Below are positions 56,911-64,000 of a stretch of DNA of 64,000 bases, piece after piece. A program made the translations under genes and the position numbers. A model generated the notes under the pieces. It was not told the DNA's origin. It made no database searches and saw only the letters and a list, made by a program, of their open reading frames with translations. Numbering within the stretch: the stretch's first letter is position 1; each line of letters begins with the position of its first letter. This DNA comes from Naegleria gruberi (lineage: Eukaryota): NCBI GenBank assembly GCA_000004985.1, contig GG738851.1; one strand, 5' to 3'.

Positions 56911-57984
56911 ATGAGTTGTAATAAGCATAATATTGAGGACAACACAAATTCTCCTTCAAATTTAGTTTGGCAATCTATTACAAATACCTGCTCCGATACA
57001 GAGAATTTACCATCGGGAGGGGGTATTGCTCATTGTTGTGTCGATCATGAGAGAGTGGCTTTTTTCGGAGGGTTGGGATTGAGGCGATATAATGAATTAT
57101 ATATTTTCAATGTCAATACAAATGAATGGAAAAAAGCCTCTCTTGAAAATGCACCATCAAAGAGGTGTAAAAGTTCAATGTGTTGCTACATAACTGGAAA
57201 CAAGCATAAATTGATAATATTTGGAGGATGGACGAGTGAGGGAAAGACAAATGATATGCATGAGTATTGTATTGAGGATGACAAGTGGAAAGAAGTAAAA
57301 TATGCAAATAATTCAGTTCCTCCTGCAAGAAGTGCTCATCACTGTGCAATCATTGGAAAACATATGATTATTTATGCAGGAATTGGAGCTAAAAAGTTCG
57401 GTGACATGTACAGATTTCATTTGGAAAAGGTATGATTAATTAATATTCGATAATCATAACATGTTTGAATTGTGGTTTTAACCAGAGAGAATGGGAAGAA
57501 GTAATTCAAGTGAATGCTCCACTGCCAAGAAGTTCCTATGGAGGTTTAATAGTATTTAACAAGAATCAAAATCTATTGACCTCATGTGGTTTAGGATGTG
57601 GAAGATACAATGACACTCTATTATTTGATATTCCATCAAGAACTTGGAAGCCCTTAACTTATAAAGGAACTATTCCAACAAAGAGAGGTAGACACTCATG
57701 TGTTCTTGATGATTCCAACAATTGTGTCTATTTGTGGGGAGGATTTAGTAAGTTGTTATTATTGCAAAATTATAGTATTAAACTTGGCAGCTGGAACTGA
57801 GAGATCCAATGAATGTTTTCGTTTCAATCTCCCAACGTATGAATGGTCAATGATAAAGCAAACTAACCCTCCAAACAAACGAGAGAACCAATGCCTTTTC
57901 ATCCTAAACCAAAAACTCTATCTTTATGGTGGCTGGAATGGCTCTGATTTTTATCATGATATGTTCTGTGCAAATCTAGTATAA
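56911..57984 (+). CDS. Kelch-repeat (beta-propeller) protein, 3 exons: join(56911..57429,57486..57747,57791..57984)
   Basis: Repeated kelch signatures: (F)FGG…W, IIFGGW, IIYAGIG, LWGGF and LYLYGGWNG, each followed by W/Y-containing strands. Intron 1 (57430..57485) is GTATGA…AACCAG. Intron 2 has donor GTAAGT at 57748. The acceptor is either CAG at 57788-57790 (43-nt intron, preferred) or TATAG at 57771-57775 (28-nt intron). Both keep frame. Confidence 0.75.
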
Positions 57985-58409
57985 AGATCAAGTCTACAGT
58001 TTATTGAATGGATTGTGAAAGTTTGGACTTTTTTTCAAATTTTATACCAAAAGGTTCACAAGACCTTAAAAAACCACAACAAGTACCAATAAGGCTACAT
58101 AACAGAGTTTCTCTCGAACGTTTTTGGCGCGGTTTTTTTCTTACGCTTGTTGGTTTTTCTTCTTCAAAAAAGTAACTCGACAGGTGGTGTTCCTTCATCA
58201 ACGAAAGCCTTAAAGCAAAGTTTCAACTTTTATCACACAACACGGATAGGAAGTTCAACATCAAGAATATTGGAAAACCACCATTTTGTTTTCAAAGCTT
58301 AGGTGCCTTCCATTGTGAATATTACAAAATAGACTTGTTGTTTTTATAGTAATTTTAAACAATTATTATTACCACTTATTTCAACATCATCCGAGCCTAG
58401 TAGAACACA

Positions 58410-61400
58410 ATGAACAACTCAGAGAGAAGGAGCATTGAAATGATGAATTATAATCTTGGCCCTCGTACTGGACCAACGATGCCTCCACCCTCTCCCAATT
58501 CTGTCAGAGCATTAAGGAGAGGTTCTCTGGATCCATCTCTAGCAGGACGACTTCCAAAATCTGCCTCAAGAAACAGTATTCAAGACCCAGAAGCATCACT
58601 CTTCGATAAGGATGACAATCAATCCTCCTTGTCGAAAAGCACCAAGTCAAACCCTTCCGATCCAGTAACAAATTCATCAGTAATGCAAAAATTTGAACAT
58701 GCCATCTTTACTTTTATTTACTCACTAAGGCCCGAAGTTCCAATGCATGGAGCCTTATCATTTTTCATTCATATTTTGATTATATTTCAATCTCTTAGTA
58801 TAGGATCACCGATAGATTTAAATTGGGGATTGTATGGTACTTGGATTGTTAGTATAATAGCCATTTGTCGGAGTTATGGATTTCAGTTTATGAATTATGA
58901 AGCATTTATTGCCTTAGCAATTATTGTCTTCCTCACGCAAATAGCAGTATGCATTGTCATTTATATGACATTTAAGGCCCAACAAGTCGGAAGTAGATAC
59001 TGGGATAAGATCAAAACAGCTGCAAGGGTAATGTTTGCAATAATCTTTTTCATGGCCATACCAACAACCTATGGTTTAATGTTGGGGTTTTGGGAGTGTG
59101 ACTATTCCGCAACTGTGCCCTTAAATGAAACTCCCACCTATGTTCTTGTCAACTTTCCAACAGTAGGATGTTGGTCTGGATTGAATGGCGCATTTGCAGT
59201 CTTGTCAGTAATCTTTCTCATTATTCAAACTGTCTTGGTTGCCTGTTCGATAGCAATCTTTATTAACATTAACATCAAGACAAGGGATTTATTTGTGTTA
59301 GACAACCCTTACATTATAATAATCATTATGGCATCTAATCAAATTTATCTAATTGTTTCCCAAGTCATTCCTGCTTCAATAATTTTCGTTAGACCTATTA
59401 TTTATTTGGCCTTTGCAGTATTGTTTCTTGCCGTGCTATTTTGGATGCAACCTTTCATTCGAAGAGGAACTAATGTTGTTTATGGTGGAGTGGGATTTGC
59501 AAGATTAGCTATTGGAGGTGTATCAATCGCCACAGCTCTGGTAAATCAAACAAATGAATGGGGACTCGGTCTTGGACTAGTTGGTGCTCTTGTGGGAGGA
59601 AGTGCTGTTCTTTTTTCTATTGGTTTAGTGGTGACCGACATTTACACAAGGTACATGCAGCATAAAGGAAGAAAAATTCTTCAAGAATGTGTCCAAAAGA
59701 GATCATTTAATACCTTGACAGATTCCGACCATTATTTTGTCAATATATTTGTCAGATATGCAATGAAAGGAAAAGAAGCTGATATAGACCTTGCAGATTC
59801 ATTTACCAAGTTAGCCATGTCACAAAGATTAGAAATTAATGCCACAAGTATGATAACTTGCGCATTATTCATCAAGTTTATTCTCACTACTAGTTCAGTA
59901 ACTCTTGCCTTAACATTGGTACAAAAATCTCAAAAGAAAGGTGATAACTTTTTTTTGAGATTCATAATCTTTCTCAGAGTGAGAGAAGTCGAAAAGGCTT
60001 CATCAATGGGGAGAAACAATTTTCAATTGGATCACATTATGTCGAGTGTAAAAAAAAAGTTGGAACTTTCAAGGGAGCTACAAGTTCTCTTTTGGAAAAA
60101 TGTCACCATGGAACAAACAAATGACGAAAAGCTTTATAACATTGTCAAAGAAATACAAGAATTGAGTGAAGAATGTTCCATTATTTTCAGCAATTTGCTA
60201 TCAAATTATGCTACTGATGTGGTATGTTGTTATTTTGTGTGATTTTTATAAGTGTCTTCAGACTGTACTGCGAGCATATGCTGCCTTCCTTGAAGATTTC
60301 CTTTTTGATAACATGGCAGCTGCTGAACTTTTGGAGGAGGCTAGTATTATAGAAGAGGAAAACTTTAAAAAGGCTTCTCGAAATTTGGCTAGTAAAAGAC
60401 CTAGTATCACTGGAAGTATTGGTCCTAAGAGGTCAATTTATGAATCTGATCTGAAAATTTCCCTTAGTAGAGGAGGATCACAAGAAGATCTGAATGCTAT
60501 GAATTTTGAATCTGTTAGTAATGAAGATAGAGAAGGTGCACAACAAAATGTTTTTAGGAGCGCTGTCAATAAGAAGGAGGAGCACCAATTTCTTTATATT
60601 TTCATTGCATCTCTTGGATTTGTTGGAATCACCTTTATAATAGTGGTGTTAGTATTGGGTTTAGTCATTTCTCAAACCAGCAGCAAGAATATTACTCTCG
60701 TTGAGAAATCTTGCTCAATATCTTCGTGTAAGTTTGTGTTTTTATTGTAAATTCTAATGATATTAGTACCTTATCTTGTGTTGTCCGATATTAGAAGAAT
60801 TCAGTCAATGATGAGAACATCATCCAACAAAACATATGATTCCTTCATGACCAACCATAAAGAAAGATTAACTGAAGCACTTGATAAGCTTGAGGTTGTA
60901 GAAACATTCCTTAAGGATTCCATTTTCACTGAAACAATGATGGAACACTTTGTCAAGCTCAGCTCAAATATTTTAGTACCAATCATGCAAATTAACTATT
61001 CCGAGCCCCTTCTGTACTCTTCCAAGAATGCTTCTGTTGCTGATTTAGTATCAGTATTTCAGTCAACATCTCAAAAGTACTTCGACCATGGAATAGATCA
61101 TTACAATGTTACCCGTGACAGTTTTGATTTCCTTCTAATTTGTAAGTTTTACTGAACTATTGTTTATAACAAACTCAAGGGAATAACCGACTTGATTTTA
61201 CTCAATCGTTTGAGAAATTTTGCTCTAAATTGATAGCAGATTCTGAGAGTCAAATTTATTCCTTCAGAATTGTCTTCATTGTTGTTATATCTTCATTGGC
61301 TTTTGTTTTTGCGTTATATGTAGTTGTGTATATTATTGTAATTGTTAGGCATTCAACTATTCTTGACAAGACATTGAATATTTTCAAAAAGATTCCAAAA

Positions 61401-63927
61401 GAAGAGAGTTTGAAAGCAATCCATAAACTTGAAACCAACAGCAATAAGATTATAACCCCTAAAGAACATTTTGTCACTCCAAAGAAGGTCATGTTAGTAA
61501 TGGTAGTTTTGAGTTTATTTTTAACCTGTTTAGGAGCTGCTTTGATTGTGTATGAAAGTGTATCCTTTATTGAGGATGGTATGTTTGTTATGCAGAAAGT
61601 CAAGACAGGAAATACCTTCCTGCAAACCCTACAAAGAACAAAGTTCAAGATCTTGGAATTACTGATGACTGATTACGCAGAACTTGGAGTCTCTAGGGAT
61701 CAATTTCATGGTGAAATTAAGCAACATATATCTGATTTGTTTGTTTCATGGAATTCCTTCAGATATGGTGATGAATCTAATGGGTTTCATCCAATTACTG
61801 GTCTTTTAACAGAAGTGGATAAATCAGTTTCAGAACAAAAGAATTGTACAGCAAACGATTTTGCTTGTTATTCGCTTGATGATTTGGTTTTAATATTCCA
61901 AAATGCAGAAAAAGTTAACGACAACATTTATCAACAGATTTACTCCATACAATCTCTTTTGGATCAGTATTCTGTTATTTTCAATGCAGCAATAGCTACA
62001 GATTCAAAGACAGACGGTGTTATTGCGAGCTATGTCAGCTATTTCACAACCAAAACGAATATTTTAACTTCTGTTTTCGCTCCCGTATCCTCCATTCTGC
62101 TACTATTCTTTGTTTACATCATTTACAGTGCGATGAACGGATTTTCAAACGAAGTGCATCAAATCAGAACAATGCTCAATCACTTACCCTGGGAAATTCT
62201 CGATTCCAACTCTGTTTTACATGCCTATGTCATTAATTATTCACTCTCCGTTGGAAACGATAGAGACTCAAAGAAATCTAATGATAATGCCTCAAAAGAA
62301 AAAGCTATTCTTGAGGCAGCTGTAGAGGGAGCAGTCATTTGTTCAACTTATGGTAATATTAATATTTTCAACGAGTCTGCACAAAGAATGTTTGGCTACA
62401 GAGCAGATGAGGTCATTGGTACTCAGCTCTCTGATCTTTTCTCATCAGAAACTAGATCAAAGGTTGACTCTGTAGTTTCTAATGCAATTTCATCAACCTC
62501 TTCCAAGGGTGAGACCATTCCTCTTATTGGACTTAGAAAAAACAAGACACAATTCGCAGCAGTGATTAATATTTCAGTAGCCATTCTTGGTGATGACAAG
62601 AAGGTCATCACTTGTTTTATTAAGGATCAAACAAATGAAAAAAAGAGAGATATTGAACTCGCTGAAGAAAAGAAAAAGTCTGAAGCTCTTTTACTAAATA
62701 TTTTACCAGAAAGTGTCGCTCATCGTTTACAGTCGGGTGAAACGTTCATTGCAGACAAGATTGAGGATTGCACTTGCTTGTTTAGTGACATTGTTGATTT
62801 CAATCTCGTAGCTGCTCAAATGAGTGCCACCGATGTGGTTCAAATGTTGAACATGATTATCAATGGTTATGATTCCCTTATTCCAAGATATAATTTGGAA
62901 AAGATTAAAACTATTGGTGAAAAATATTTTTGTGTTGGTGGCCTTCCAACCCATGGTCAACCATCAACTGACCATGTTGAAGAGGTACTTGGCTTTGCCA
63001 TGGACATTTTCAGCATTATGCACCACTACAATATGGAATTTGGAAGAAAGTTGAATGTAAAAGTTGGTATTCATTCTGGAGGTTTAGTTGCAGGTGTAAT
63101 TGGCACACTCAAATTCGCGTATGATGTAAGTTGTTATTGTGTCTGTAATTGTTCTTAATGAAATTAAGGTTTGGGGAGATGTTATCAATGTTGCAAGTAG
63201 AATGGAGTCCACTTGCCATCCAGGAAGAATTCAAGTAACCAAGGAGACATTTTCAAGACTCAATCATAAATATGAATTCGAGGAAAGGCGAGATGTTTTT
63301 GCTAAAGGTAAAGGATTGATGACAACATATCTTCTCAACAAGATTTATCACCAAGATCCGCTTTCTCTTGAAGTTACTATTGATAGATCAGATATTGAAA
63401 TGGCTGTAAATCAAGCAAATCAAGGAGGTCCTAAGTTCACTGATTTGATTTCGAACGCAAGTCAAGATATTCATTCAGAGACTGACTCTCACCCTCAACA
63501 GGAAATGGCAATAGAAGATGGGCGTTTAGCTGTTGCACCAATTGCAGGCTCAAGAAGAGTAAGATCCCAAAGTGTTAACAGCAATTACAGTAATTTTAGT
63601 TATAACAGTGTTAGTGAACAAAACAATGACAGTCTCAGACCACCAACTTTGCTTACTGGTTCACCAAACCAAGCTTCTCCTCAATCTACGTTAATGTCCT
63701 CACCAAGAATAGATGTTTTACGTTTCAAAAACAATCCTAATAGATACAGTGTCAGTGCTTCGATCACTAGTTTCTTCAGTAACCAGGCAGCTCTCGATCC
63801 AGCGGTGCAACATCACGACCAGTTGGAAACTGCAAGTCATCACTCAATCCACTCACATCACTCTCACTTCTCTCCTCGAAGGAAACTGTTACCAGTCCCT
63901 GAACATGATGAAATATGTGAGCATTAA
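58410..63927 (+). CDS. Polytopic membrane sensor nucleotidyl cyclase: multi-TM N-terminal region + PAS domain + single class III adenylate/guanylate cyclase catalytic domain; 5 exons: join(58410..60221,60262..60731,60795..61141,61237..63125,63169..63927), about 1760 aa
   Basis: Exon 1 has a cytosolic N-terminus followed by about 8–10 hydrophobic helices. Introns are GTATGT (40 nt), GTTTGT (63 nt), GTAAGT (95 nt) and GTAAGT (43 nt), all in frame. Exon 4 adds three more TM helices. Its PAS-like module is ILEAAVEGAVICSTYGNINIFNESAQRMFGYRADEVIGTQLSDLF…GETIPLIGLRKNKTQFAAVINISVAI…ITCFIKDQT. The cyclase homology domain begins LLNILPESVAHRLQSGETFIADKIEDCTCLFSDIVDFNLVAAQMSATDVVQMLNMIINGYDSLIPRYNLEKIKTIGEKYFCVGGLP…KVGIHSGGLVAGVIGTLKFAYDV, and continues across the last intron as WGDVINVASRMESTCHPGRIQVTKETFSRL. 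The tail is Ser/His-rich. Confidence 0.85.
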
Positions 63928-64000
63928 GATATAAAATCTCCGATTTTTCAGCATTGCTCTATAATTTATTGTCTGAAACTCTCCACTATTCTCTCAGAAT

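Noticed and set aside
58001-58201. 66-aa minus-strand ORF between the Kelch gene and the cyclase gene.
   Set aside because: Non-ATG start (track artefact), basic low-complexity translation and no signals. Probably 3' UTR or promoter.
1-64000. Prokaryotic-style features such as CRISPR arrays, operons, RBS-driven TTG/GTG starts, insertion sequences and phage genes.
   Set aside because: The sequence is plainly eukaryotic. It has spliceosomal introns with GT…AG boundaries, a CaaX GTPase, a ubiquitin system, and pol III 5S/tRNA genes with T-run terminators. No direct-repeat/spacer arrays or transposase-like ORFs are present. TTG/GTG starts in the ORF track are artefacts of the bacterial translation table.

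Overview
This 64-kb window is eukaryotic nuclear DNA, not prokaryotic. It is AT-rich (GC looks roughly one third by eye, not computed), gene-dense (about 30 protein genes on both strands) and intron-poor. Introns are short (about 40–114 nt) with GTAAGT, GTATGT or GTTTGT donors and mostly TAG/CAG/AAG acceptors. Several exon-sized ORFs run as single exons, the largest a 12.2-kb exon. Asn/Gln/His/Ser-rich low-complexity tracts are common. This profile fits a free-living protist (amoebozoan- or heterolobosean-like). Caveat on the ORF track: it uses bacterial start rules, so many displayed M residues are really TTG/GTG; true ATG starts were re-derived by hand.

Genes recognised, in order:
- 3' end of an unknown gene (+).
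- Aldo-keto reductase, 2 exons (-).
- 5S rRNA (+), followed by a T5 run.
- A divergent tandem di-ubiquitin-like gene (-).
- A fragmentary NIF/FCP1-like HAD phosphatase (-).
- tRNA-Asp(GTC) with T6 terminator (-).
- UTP25/DEF ribosome-biogenesis factor, 4 exons (-).
- Secreted cyclophilin B-type PPIase, 3 exons (-).
- A hypothetical Cys/His-motif protein (-).
- A metallothionein-like mini-ORF (+).
- A long coiled-coil protein, 3 exons (+).
- DnaJ/C2H2 JJJ1/DNAJC21-like cochaperone (+).
- An RRM plus C-terminal CID(RPR) protein (-).
- A Rho/Rac GTPase with CaaX, 5 exons (+).
- A giant UBR4/p600/BIG-type E3 ligase, about 4229 aa in 4 exons (-).
- A C2-domain Ser/Thr kinase (-).
- NAA38/LSm-domain protein, 2 exons (-).
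- A Ser-rich Sel1-repeat protein (+).
- TMEM131-like giant type-I membrane protein, 4 exons including a 35-nt mini-exon (+).
- An RWP-RK transcription-factor-like gene (+).
- A 1126-aa polytopic membrane protein (-).
- An F-box-like protein (+).
- An AT-rich low-complexity ORF and a small membrane protein (+).
- A His/Asn-rich protein kinase, 2 exons (+).
- An RGS+SAM protein (-).
- A Kelch-repeat protein, 3 exons (+).
- A roughly 1760-aa polytopic PAS-domain class III nucleotidyl cyclase, 5 exons (+).

No CRISPR, operons or prokaryotic mobile elements are present.

Most notable items: a UBR4 orthologue that appears to lack the UBR box; the sensor cyclase with an Asp-to-Glu change in a metal-binding motif; the divergent, non-homogenised di-ubiquitin next to a 5S gene, a tRNA gene and a phosphatase-like fragment; the RWP-RK gene with an atypically long repeat-bearing intron; and a 21-bp exact duplication in the 5' exons of UBR4.
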